Position numbers and translations under genes: made by a program | In this document: one piece after another, positions 1 to 10,300 of the stretch | Position numbering within the stretch: the first letter of the stretch is position 1 | Layout of the letters: every line of letters starts with the position of its first letter | Virus record (IMG/VR): IMGVR_UViG_2974729448_000001 | Location: 67,318 to 101,662 of that record | Length of the DNA: 34,345 nucleotides | Direction: 5' to 3' (one strand) | Origin: a virus | Taxonomy: Duplodnaviria > Heunggongvirae > Uroviricota > Caudoviricetes > Crassvirales | The notes under the pieces: model-generated | Database searches by the model: none | What the model saw: only the letters and a program-made list of their open reading frames with translations | Told to the model about the DNA's origin: nothing

Positions 1-3000
1 AAAATGGTTAACAAGCAAGCTATTAAAGGAGGTAGTGCAGTTCAGGTATCAGCAATGGGCATTAAAGGTTATGAGGAAGATGGAGATTTGAGATATGTTA
101 CTGACCCAAATAATCCTAATAACATATTATATGCTGAGTGTGAAATACCTTGGGACATGACCTACTCTGATGCAGATGGTGTAGAACATTCTCTTGAATA
201 TGGTGACTGGTGCAATGAAGATGGAACTCTTAAGACTGATAAAGATGGAAATGCTCTTATTGAGAAGACCTATCCTAATATCTTAAGCCTTCTTGCATAT
301 AGAATTCCTACTGAAAGAGATTACTCTATGATTAATCTAAGAGTAAAGAGGTTTAGTCATAAGATGGCTGGTGGTACTATTAAAGTTCCACCTCAGGGAA
401 CTACTATTGCAGGTTTTGACTTTGATATTGATAAGCTCTATCTTATGAGAAATGAATATCAATTCAAAAAGTTAACAGAGACTGAACTTGAGAAAGCTTG
501 GAAGGACTTTTATAAGGAACATCCTGAGTTATATAAAGAACTCTTAGAATTAAGAGGTGCAGATGAAGGAGTAGGTGACTTACTTACATCTTTGCTTGGA
601 GTAGAGGTATCTTCTAAGGATAGATTATATAAGTATAAAGAAGGGGTTACTGAGCAATTCAGGGAATGGTTAAGTTTAAGAATGGAACAGTATTCTTCTC
701 TTGATACCTATAATTTTGACAAAACTCCTCTTGAAAATAGTAAAGCTGCCAGAAATAATATGCTCATTAGTCTTATTCAGAAAAGATTAAGTGACCCTGA
801 AACCTTTGGTGACAGATACACTCCAGGTGGTTTCTCTAATGCTTCAAGAGCAGCAAGAGTTATGAGAGAGCTTTTGTTTGGTAAAGTTGAATCTTTACAT
901 GAGCAAGGTACTGTTAATCTTGATGCTATAGGAAAAGCTATTGATAATGACTTATTGTCTGACCCTGAGCCTAATTATGACCCAAGTGACCCAATGACTG
1001 TAGTAACCTATAATCAGCAGAATCAAGTTGCAGGTAAGTTAATTGGTATATTTGCCAATCAAAATACTAATCATGCCTTTGCTTCTTTAATGGAGGAATT
1101 CTATTTAAAAGAACCTATTGAATTTGCAGGTAAGAGTTATTCTGATTTATTGCATAATAATGATATAGATACAAGCTTGAATGTTGCTGAGTTCTTAGCT
1201 GCATCAGTAGATGCTGTGAAGGACCCTGTACTTAACTTCTTGAATCTTAACACTATTACTGCTGATGCAGGAGCTATGTTGGCAAGACTTGGTTTCACTA
1301 CAGAAGATATAGGTCTGTTATTTAATCAACCTATTATTAAAGATATATGTGAATACAGCTTTAATAATGGTATGTCTGATATTAACTCTGTGATAGATAA
1401 TGTATTAGACACCTATGAAGTCACTGGAGAATTAAATAAGGTAGTTCCTCAAGTTGAATTTGACAGAGGGGCATTGGCTTATAATATTGTACAGGCTGCT
1501 AATACAAATAAGAAGGAACTCCTGACAGATGATAAGTTTGTTGAGAGACAGATTCATGTAGCTGAGTTATTTAGAAAGATTCTTGAGGCAAGTAATGATG
1601 TTTCTCAGTTTGTTAGAAATACCAAATTCACTGCTTCAAATGCTGTAGGTTCTACCTTTGGTGATGCTTATGCACAACAGATGAAAGTATCAAAGTATGT
1701 TGATTCTTTCAGAAATGCAAAGAATCTTAAGGTAGAAATGAAAGTTGCCAGAGACATTAAAACTCCTCTTAATGATGACTCAGAGAATCTTACCTTAGAC
1801 AAGCAAGCCTATATGGAACACCTTCTGGAGAATCCTTTTGCTTATGAACAGGCTATGTATGATATGAATAGAAAAGCTGAGAAGCTTATCAATAAGTTCT
1901 ATCCTTATAATACACCTAATTATCATTATGCAAGGGAGACTTTAGCAGGTTTCACCAGAAGTGGAATCTTGGATGCAGAGACTATAAACAGTATTCACAG
2001 TGACTTAATGGTATTTATGTTAAGTCAACAAGAGAATAGTCTATTTAATGGTAATAGTCCTATTAGTCTTAATGATGGAAGTATGATAACTTCAAGAGAG
2101 TATTTTACTGAAGTATTCCCTGAAGAATTATTTAATACTCTTCAAGCTAATCCTGCAATGAAATCATTAGCTATATTCCAGTATATGCAGTTTCAAACTG
2201 ATGAAAAGACTGGTAAAGTAAGCATGAATATTCAGGATATAGGAGGTTTAGCACCATATCAGAAAGATGAACTTAAGGAAAGCTGGGGTGATTTAATGAG
2301 AAACCAAGATACTGCTTGGATAGCTCAATCTATGTTTCTTTATAATTATTTCAAGTTAGGCTTTACTTATAGTCCTCTTGCATTTATGAATCTGGCTCCT
2401 ATGGAGGTTAAGCTAAATGTTACTGTAGGTAATGATTATGATGGTAATCCTAAGTCCTATGTAGACTTCTTGAATGAAGTTCAAGATGGGAAGATTAGAA
2501 TAAACCATGATGAATTTGCTAAACAGTATTTACTTAACCACTTAGACAATAACAGGTTAGTATTTACTCCAAAGGGAAGAATAAAGAAACTTGTAAGTAA
2601 TCTTGCTTTTGAATATGGAGAAGCTAAAAGCAGCTTCACCATTGATAGTAGTAAGTTAGGTAAAGATGGTAACAGTTTTCTACTTCCATCCCAAGAGAAG
2701 GGTATAAATATATTTAGACCAGTTATTGTTATTGATGGAGTTCCATATATGTGTAACAGTAATGGCATTGTATTCAATGAAAGTACTTCAGGAAGTATGA
2801 CCTATTACAGGGTAAATGCTTTAGGAGAATCAGGTAAATCCTTACAGTATACCTCAAATAGTGCTACATTTGAAGCTAAGACTATTACAGAAGCTGCTAC
2901 TGAAGGTAACACTTCTGTAGAACCTGAAATATCAAATGTAACTAATGAAGTGATAAGTACTGAAGACTTAATTAAGGAAGCTACTGAACTTGCAATGCAA

Positions 3001-3138
3001 GCTGACCCATCTCTTCAAAGAGATATGGTTGTAGAATTCCTTAGTAAAGTAAGTAGGGAAGACCTGATGAGTACCATAGAGGAACTTAAGACTCAAGCTG
3101 ATAATGTAACAGACCAAGAAGGTAATAAGATTTGTTGA
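1..3138 (+). CDS. Virion-packaged DNA-directed RNA polymerase (crAss-type, two-barrel), C-terminal part; 5'-truncated by the window
   Basis: Frame is open from base 1. Contains YRIPT followed by AGFDFDIDKLY (DFDIDK at 418-435), the DxDxD Mg-binding loop variant typical of crAss-like/phi14:2 gp66-type RNAPs. Ends TGA, 1 nt before the next ATG. Confidence 0.9.
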   Translation, partial: KMVNKQAIKGGSAVQVSAMGIKGYEEDGDLRYVTDPNNPNNILYAECEIPWDMTYSDADGVEHSLEYGDWCNEDGTLKTDKDGNALIEKTYPNILSLLAYRIPTERDYSMINLRVKRFSHKMAGGTIKVPPQGTTIAGFDFDIDKLYLMRNEYQFKKLTETELEKAWKDFYKEHPELYKELLELRGADEGVGDLLTSLLGVEVSSKDRLYKYKEGVTEQFREWLSLRMEQYSSLDTYNFDKTPLENSKAARNNMLISLIQKRLSDPETFGDRYTPGGFSNASRAARVMRELLFGKVESLHEQGTVNLDAIGKAIDNDLLSDPEPNYDPSDPMTVVTYNQQNQVAGKLIGIFANQNTNHAFASLMEEFYLKEPIEFAGKSYSDLLHNNDIDTSLNVAEFLAASVDAVKDPVLNFLNLNTITADAGAMLARLGFTTEDIGLLFNQPIIKDICEYSFNNGMSDINSVIDNVLDTYEVTGELNKVVPQVEFDRGALAYNIVQAANTNKKELLTDDKFVERQIHVAELFRKILEASNDVSQFVRNTKFTASNAVGSTFGDAYAQQMKVSKYVDSFRNAKNLKVEMKVARDIKTPLNDDSENLTLDKQAYMEHLLENPFAYEQAMYDMNRKAEKLINKFYPYNTPNYHYARETLAGFTRSGILDAETINSIHSDLMVFMLSQQENSLFNGNSPISLNDGSMITSREYFTEVFPEELFNTLQANPAMKSLAIFQYMQFQTDEKTGKVSMNIQDIGGLAPYQKDELKESWGDLMRNQDTAWIAQSMFLYNYFKLGFTYSPLAFMNLAPMEVKLNVTVGNDYDGNPKSYVDFLNEVQDGKIRINHDEFAKQYLLNHLDNNRLVFTPKGRIKKLVSNLAFEYGEAKSSFTIDSSKLGKDGNSFLLPSQEKGINIFRPVIVIDGVPYMCNSNGIVFNESTSGSMTYYRVNALGESGKSLQYTSNSATFEAKTITEAATEGNTSVEPEISNVTNEVISTEDLIKEATELAMQADPSLQRDMVVEFLSKVSREDLMSTIEELKTQADNVTDQEGNKIC

Positions 3139-3139
3139 T

Positions 3140-6100
3140 ATGAAGAAATGTGTAATAATACCAAAAGTTAAAAACAAAGATGGTGAATTTGTAGATAGTG
3201 AGCTTTTTAGCTCACTACTACATTACACCAATAACAGGGAAATTGCCAAACAGTATTACTCAGTAGGTACAAGCCCTGAGTTTCTAAGTAGAGTAGGAAA
3301 TAAAGCTAAGTTTGATAAGAATGGAGAGATTACTTTCCAGTCTTTGAGACAGCTTTCTAAACTGAATCTTAACAGTGAGAATATTAAGCAGACCCTTAAT
3401 AAGGATATTAATTCAGGAGTTTATAGCTATAATGAAGCCCTGCCAAGACTTCAATCTTTCAATAGAAACAGTGAGTATAATGATAAGTATCTTGCTACTA
3501 TTATAAATAAAGAAGATGGTAAGGTCGAGTTAAAGGTAGTAGACAAGAATAATACAAGTGAGGCACAGCTTAATGATAATATAGCTAATAGAGGTCTTCA
3601 GGAAAGAATAAAATACTACTTAAACAGAGTTGGTGCAGATTATTCATTCCTTGATGCAGATGATAATGTTAATGGTAGATATAGTACTGTTAATGCAAAA
3701 AAGACTGCTGATGGCTTATATCAACTTATTAAAGTTGCTAATAATCAGGCAATAGATAGCTCACTTGCAGAAGAGGCAGGTCACTTTGCAGTAGGGGCAT
3801 TAGGAAGGTCTCCTCTTGTTAAGAGGTTGGAAAATGTTCTTAGTCCTGAAGTGCAAAAAGAAATAATGGGGGATGAGTATGACTCTATTGCATACAGAAG
3901 TAATCCTGCAAGAGAAGTTGCTGGATATTTGGTAGGTAGAGCTATTAATGGTGAGATAGATAAAAGAGCACCTTGGCAGGCTTTAGTAAATAGAGTAGTC
4001 AATCAGATTAAAAGAGTATTTGCAGGAATAAAAGGAGATGAAATATCTAAAGCCAAGTTAGATGCTGTACAAACAGCAGAAGCTATAGCTAAAGGATTTA
4101 TGTCCCCTAATTTCCAAGGTTCTGTAGAAGAGGCTCTTAATACTAAGGAAACTCTTTATAGTGCCAGAGATTCAGTGAATGTATCAGCCTTTAAATCAGT
4201 TCTTAATGTTCTTAAGCAACAGGCATCAGAGATGAGAGCTATAAATAAGGACTTATACAAAAAATATAATCTAATTGAAGGTCAGGTTGAAGCAGGTAGA
4301 ATTACTTCTAATCCATCACTATTTGCTGATATTGTAGCTGTTGAAGGTATAGTTGAAGCAGTAGATTTAATGGTAGACAATATACCTGAGATGGTTAAAA
4401 AGCTTGATAGTATTGACTTTACCATATCAAGTATTACTCCTGAAAATGCCTCTATATTAAGAGAGGTTGCCACTTTTGTAGAAAATGCTGAAGCTATAAT
4501 TAGTATAATTGAAGATGCTACAACTGAAGAAGATTCAAGGCTAAAGTTACAGAATGTAACTGAGCCTATGATGGATAAGCTAAAGTCACTGAGAAAAGGT
4601 CTGAATGAAGCCATCAATGGGGATAATAGATTACTTGGCAATTTAAAGGTTAAGCAAAGAGAATTCTTCCTTAAGTTCTTGGAAGATGCAATGGGTTCTA
4701 ACTTTGTAGAGAGGTCATCAAGAGTTATCTTTGACTGGAAAAAAGGTCAAAGAGGTCTTAAATGGGTTAGTGCTGAAAAGGTTCCTATTGAAGACTTACT
4801 AAGATATATGGACAAAGATATTACCATATATGAATCTCTTATTGCTTCTATGTCAAACAATTCAGATGTAATTGGTCAGTTAGCAGACAGGGCAGTTAAA
4901 TTAGCTAATAAATATGCTGATGATATGACTATCCAGTCTCAAGACAGATTGAGGAATCTTAAAGCTGACCTTAATGCTATTGGATTAAAGAATACTGATG
5001 TATTTTGTGAGGTAAGTCCAAGAACTGGAAAATTGACAGGCAATATTGTTTCAGAATATGTATGGGGAGATTATGAAGATGATTGGCTTAACTTTAAGAA
5101 GGAGGCAAAGGAAAGATTCCTGAGTAACAATAACCTTGAAGGAAAATCTGAAACTGAGAAAAGTATATTATGGGATATTGAGTTTGGACCACAAGCTAAA
5201 AGCTGGCATAAGCAACATTCAGCATGGAATGAAGCTGCTCAAAGATACTATCCAAATGATAAGTATAAGAGTACTCAGTATCAACAAACTATTGCTGGAA
5301 CCCCTAAAGAAGGATGGTTAAACAAGTACATGTCATTCAAGACAGAGCTTGATGGATTCTTGCCTGAAGGTAGTACTAATTCAGTTAGAATGCCTCAATT
5401 CAAGGGTACTACCATGAATAAAATCAGAAATAGAAGACTTACTGAAGGTACTGGAAAGTCAGTAGTTTATACACTAAGAAGAAACCTTGCTGATACATTT
5501 GTTGAAGATAGTGAAGACAGGGATTTTGGAAGTGACCAGACTTATAATACTATAGAGGAAGACATGTTCTCAAATCAACTTGAATTTGAGGAAGAAAAAT
5601 TAAATAGAGTTCCAATCTATGGTATTAATAAATTAAAAGATAGTGCTGAACTTAGTACTGACTTATTTCAATCTACTCTGGCATATGCTGGAATGGCACA
5701 TACCTATGCAGCTATATCTAATGTAGCAGGTACTCTTGAAATAGGAAAGGATGTCCTGAAGAGAAGAATAATAGGAGGAATTAAGCCAGAGAATAAAAGA
5801 AGTGAGACTTCAAGGGCTTACAAAAGATTCCAAAAGTTCTTGGATAAACAAGTATATGGTATAAATACTACTAAGATTAAGATTGGAAATAAGATAGTCT
5901 TAAATAAAGTGGTAGGATTTTTCACTGGACTTGCATCTAAGTTCTTCTTAGGAGGTAATATAACTGGTGGTGCAGTCAATCTTGGAACTGGTTCTCTTGA
6001 AATATTCAAAGAAGCTCTTGCAGGAGAATATTTCAGTATTAAGGATTGGGAAAGGGCTAATCTTATCTATTGGAAAAACCTTCCATCAAATTGGCTTCAT

Positions 6101-7255
6101 GCAGGAGATGATGTCAAAGAAGACAAAGTAAGTCTGTTCATAAGACATATGAATATTCTAAATGAGAATAAGAAGAAAGAAAGGGAATTCTATACTAATA
6201 AATCAAAGTTGGTTAAGCTTAATCCAGTAGGAGAGAATTTATTCTTGCCTTATAAATGTGGAGAACATTATATGCAAACCATGGCTTTTTTAGCTACTGC
6301 AAATGGAACCAAACTTATAGATGAGAATGGAAATCCTATTAGTTTATTTAATGCTTATGAAGTAGTTCCATCTGATGATGAAAGACCTGAACTTGGAAAG
6401 ACTTTAGCTCTAAAAAGAGGAGTTAAATATGTAGATGAAGAGACTGGAGAAATAAGAGATTGGAGCATTGATGATGAATCAAGATTCATGGATAGGGCAA
6501 GAGAAATAAATAATAGAATGCACGGTATTTATAATACTCAAGATAAAGTAGCAATACAGCAGAATGTATATGGTAATGCTTTACTTGCCATGAGGGGTTA
6601 TGCTTTAGGTATGCTTCAAAGAAGGTTTGGAGTAAATGCTTATAGTGTAGCTTTAGGTGGTGAAACTGAAGGTTCTATTAGGACTCTTGCTAAAGTTATA
6701 GCCTCAACCTTTACTGATAAAGGAGGATTTAAGCTGACTGCAAGAGCTATATTTCTTCCTGTTAATAAGAATACTCAACAGATGATGCTAAATGCTGGTT
6801 TCTCAGCCAATCAGTATTATAATATGAGAAGAAATTGGGCAGATATGGCAGTAATTGCTGCTTTAACTCTTCTTAAATTACTTACTGCTAAACCAGATGA
6901 CGATGATGATGAGGAAGAAGACCAAGCTATGGGTATATTATACTATGCAGCAAGTAGATTATACTCTGAACAGGCAGCATTTAATACTCCTTGGGGCTTT
7001 GTTAAAGAAGCTCCAGTAGTTACTAATATATCTCCAGTAGGATTTAGTCTTGCTCAAGACTTAATTAATATTGCAGACTTATTTATTACTCAAGAGGAGT
7101 ATAAATCAAGTGGTTCTACTTATGAAAAAGGAGACCTTAAATGGCAACATAAAGTAGAAAGATTATTACCTTATTACAGAAGTTATCTTATGATGCAGAA
7201 TCCATATCAAGCAGCTCAGAGTTATCAATATGGTAGAGCAAATCTTACCAAGTAG
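3140..7255 (+). CDS. Large ejected/internal virion protein (1371 aa) with a degenerate zincin-like motif
   Basis: Long helical ORF coupled to the RNAP gene. AEEAGH (3767-3784) plus a downstream REVAG resemble an HExxH...E zincin site. The C-terminal part has hydrophobic/Gly-rich helices typical of internal virion proteins. Ends TAG. Confidence 0.7.
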   Translation: MKKCVIIPKVKNKDGEFVDSELFSSLLHYTNNREIAKQYYSVGTSPEFLSRVGNKAKFDKNGEITFQSLRQLSKLNLNSENIKQTLNKDINSGVYSYNEALPRLQSFNRNSEYNDKYLATIINKEDGKVELKVVDKNNTSEAQLNDNIANRGLQERIKYYLNRVGADYSFLDADDNVNGRYSTVNAKKTADGLYQLIKVANNQAIDSSLAEEAGHFAVGALGRSPLVKRLENVLSPEVQKEIMGDEYDSIAYRSNPAREVAGYLVGRAINGEIDKRAPWQALVNRVVNQIKRVFAGIKGDEISKAKLDAVQTAEAIAKGFMSPNFQGSVEEALNTKETLYSARDSVNVSAFKSVLNVLKQQASEMRAINKDLYKKYNLIEGQVEAGRITSNPSLFADIVAVEGIVEAVDLMVDNIPEMVKKLDSIDFTISSITPENASILREVATFVENAEAIISIIEDATTEEDSRLKLQNVTEPMMDKLKSLRKGLNEAINGDNRLLGNLKVKQREFFLKFLEDAMGSNFVERSSRVIFDWKKGQRGLKWVSAEKVPIEDLLRYMDKDITIYESLIASMSNNSDVIGQLADRAVKLANKYADDMTIQSQDRLRNLKADLNAIGLKNTDVFCEVSPRTGKLTGNIVSEYVWGDYEDDWLNFKKEAKERFLSNNNLEGKSETEKSILWDIEFGPQAKSWHKQHSAWNEAAQRYYPNDKYKSTQYQQTIAGTPKEGWLNKYMSFKTELDGFLPEGSTNSVRMPQFKGTTMNKIRNRRLTEGTGKSVVYTLRRNLADTFVEDSEDRDFGSDQTYNTIEEDMFSNQLEFEEEKLNRVPIYGINKLKDSAELSTDLFQSTLAYAGMAHTYAAISNVAGTLEIGKDVLKRRIIGGIKPENKRSETSRAYKRFQKFLDKQVYGINTTKIKIGNKIVLNKVVGFFTGLASKFFLGGNITGGAVNLGTGSLEIFKEALAGEYFSIKDWERANLIYWKNLPSNWLHAGDDVKEDKVSLFIRHMNILNENKKKEREFYTNKSKLVKLNPVGENLFLPYKCGEHYMQTMAFLATANGTKLIDENGNPISLFNAYEVVPSDDERPELGKTLALKRGVKYVDEETGEIRDWSIDDESRFMDRAREINNRMHGIYNTQDKVAIQQNVYGNALLAMRGYALGMLQRRFGVNAYSVALGGETEGSIRTLAKVIASTFTDKGGFKLTARAIFLPVNKNTQQMMLNAGFSANQYYNMRRNWADMAVIAALTLLKLLTAKPDDDDDEEEDQAMGILYYAASRLYSEQAAFNTPWGFVKEAPVVTNISPVGFSLAQDLINIADLFITQEEYKSSGSTYEKGDLKWQHKVERLLPYYRSYLMMQNPYQAAQSYQYGRANLTK

Positions 7256-7265
7256 ATATAAAACT

Positions 7266-7308
7266 AAAAAAGAGGCTAAGGGAATCCCCCCTTGCCTCTT
7301 TTTTTTTT
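7266..7308. terminator. Bidirectional intrinsic terminator between convergent genes
   Basis: AAAAAAGAGGC-T-AAGGG-AATCC-CCCTT-GCCTC-T11: GC-rich stem with an A-run on the left and an 11-T run on the right. Confidence 0.9.
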
Positions 7309-7324
7309 CAACCTGTTATAAAGC

Positions 7325-10300
7325 TTATTCTAAACACTCCTTCTGGTGTTTCTTTTCTTCCTCAGACATTTCATTCCAAGATTCTTTAGTATAGCCCATT
7401 ATAACAGCAGCCTGCCTTATTTCATCACTAATTGACTCCCAATTGTTTGATGAAGGAGTGATAAGTTGTACTTTCTTAGCAGGTTTAGCAAACCTATTTT
7501 TAACTTTACCCATCTTCAAACCTAAGTTCTTATTTATAGTACTCTTTGGTTCAGGTACTTCTACCTTCTCAACTACAACTTCTGCTGGTAACATATCAGT
7601 AATAATCTGTTTCTCACTATCAGTTAACTTGTCATATTGAATATTCACATCAGTAAATGGAACTGAACCTGTCTCTTCAAGTACAGGCTTAGCATCTTTA
7701 TACTCCTCATCATTAGCAAGTAACTGATTACCTGATGATACTTCATACTTAACCTTTCCATTTCCAAAACCAAAGGGAGTAGGATAAGTAACATTAATAG
7801 GTATAATATTAAGTGAAGCTACTTTAACACCATACTTATCTTCAAGGAACTTTTTATACATTGATACCTGTTTAGCATACTTCTCCTTTTTCTCTTCACC
7901 TATTCCACTTCTATTAGTCTTCATATCAAAGATATGGAAGTTACCTTGAGCATCATAAGCAAGTAAGTCAAGAGTTCCTGCTACTGGTATATTATGTACT
8001 TGACCTTTATCATCCTTTACTTCAATAGTTCCTGTAACAGTCACATCTCTTGGTATAATAGTTAAACCTTTACTATCAAGTGCTTTTTTGAGACCTACTA
8101 ACTGTTTAGCAAAAGTTTTCCATTGCCCTTGACTTGCATTAGGATAATCAAACTCATAGTCATTTAACAGCTCTCCATTCTCATTAAAGAACTCTCCTGC
8201 AAAGAAATCTCTGACAAATTCATCTACACCAGTCCCTATATTAGTTGAAGGTACAATCCAAGGACTATTAGGGTCAAATCTTTCTCCTGCATTTTCATCA
8301 GCCTGAATAATAGAAGTAACCCTTGCATACCTGATACCTTCTTCATTTATATAACCAGAACCATCATCAGCTAATTTGATATTCTTACTATCTTCAACTA
8401 TCCTGTCAGCTATTTCTTTAGCCTTTTCTACAGCAGGATTGATTATAGGTTTAACTTCACCTTGTAGAATGGAACCAGATTCACTGTCAACTATAGCATC
8501 ACCAACTTTAACTTGGTCAGTAGCTGTGATAACTGGAGTATTAAGTGGCTTGCCTTGTGTAGCATTATTAGGATTTGAGACTACTGGAGTAGGAGAAACT
8601 CTAACACCTTCCTGTGAGAAAGGACTGTTAATTTCAACTCCTCTTATAGTATATTTCAGTGATTCTCTACTTGACTCAAGTATATTATCATTGAATATAT
8701 CATTAATATTGGAAAGTCTCATCTTCCTTGCTTCATCAGACTCACCTTCTTTAGTATTGAAGTCGTTATAGTTAACCTGCCATTTTGCAAATGGCTGACT
8801 TCCTTCATATCTAAAGCTTCCATTACTAAGTATCAAGTTTCTTATAGTTTGAGCTTTAGTAGTATCAGTCATTATACCATTAGTTACTTCTGCAAGTGGT
8901 ATGGTATTAGTACCATTACTAACAGATAACTGATACATTCTGTTACCTTCAACTATATTATCAGTAGGAGTTAATGTATACTCATAACCTTTTGGAAGTG
9001 CTATAAAGTTATTCAACTTCTTACCTAAGCTCTCTGCTATAGAGCTTAACTTAGTAGCAGTTTCTGCTGTAGGAATTAATACACCATCTTCTCTTTTAAA
9101 CCTCATTTCTTGGTCAAAAGGAGCCTTTTTAAATGTATCTTCTAAAGTCTTTGTATATCTGGATATCCTACTATTAGCTAAAATTACCTCTTCAGGAGAA
9201 CCAGAATTGAGTACCTCAGCTATAGGTTTACCACTTCTTGATACAGAATTTTGAGGAGTTGCTACATATAATTCAAACTCCTGTTCTCCACCCTTCATAT
9301 TTGAAGTTACATAAGCAAGATGAATTCTTTCCTTTTTGGCATCCTTAGAAATTCTCTGTATCTTGGAAAGTATAGAATCCTTAGCTTTCTTATATATAGC
9401 CTGTCTCTCTGCCATTGGAGTATTTAAATCATCCATTTTAGCTCTTTCAGAGGCATCCATATCATTTCTCATTATCTGATGGATAAGAGTATTAGGAGTT
9501 CCAGCTTTAGTATGTGCAGGAGGATTAGCTCTTACATAACCATTAGTAGTAACTACTTTACCATCCTTATCTTTTATTAACTGACCATCCTGTTGAGTTA
9601 TAGCTAACTGTCTTATTGGATTCATTCTTGCTGCTCCTTGTGTATTTGCACTTGTTCTTGGCATAAATCCAATAGGCTGGTATTTCTTATTACCTAAAGT
9701 AATAGGACCATTAGTATCTTCTACAACTGCCATGATAGGTAGATGGTCTTCTTCATTATAAACATCAGCCAGCTCTTGCTTAGTGCTATTTACAATAGCA
9801 GGGTCAGATATAAACATTATAGGAGTTTTAGGAGTTATAGAACCTTTTCTAAGATACTCTCCTATTCCAAAACTTCTATAAGCCTGCCCCACAGTAGAAT
9901 TAGGATGATTTTCAACCTGAGCTGTAATTATAAGACCATTATTCCTCCTAAGCTCAACAGTCATATCAGGAGTAGAAGCTACTTCCTTCTTAACATTTTG
10001 CTTAGGCTCTTCTTTGACTTCTGTCTTCATTTTTACTGCTACTTGCTTTAATAATGAAGCAGTCTTGTCAAAGGTATCTCCCCCCTTATCTGATTGAATT
10101 TGAAGCTGAAGAGCTTTATTTATTAAAGCTTCACTTAAGGTTGAAGGATTCTCATATTCACTGTCCCCAAGTTCATCCAATATTTGTTTTACCTGAGGCT
10201 TAACCTCATCATAAACAGAAGAGGATTTATTAATAGTTTCTAAAGCATTTGATGCAGCTTGAGCCACTTCATCATTGCTATTAGTCTTATACTTATCAAT

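Noticed and set aside
7750-8340. Cas4 call for the nuclease domain
   Set aside because: It lacks the four-Cys Fe-S ligands; the whole 2239-aa protein has one Cys. A generic RecB-family PD-(D/E)XK call is all that is supported.
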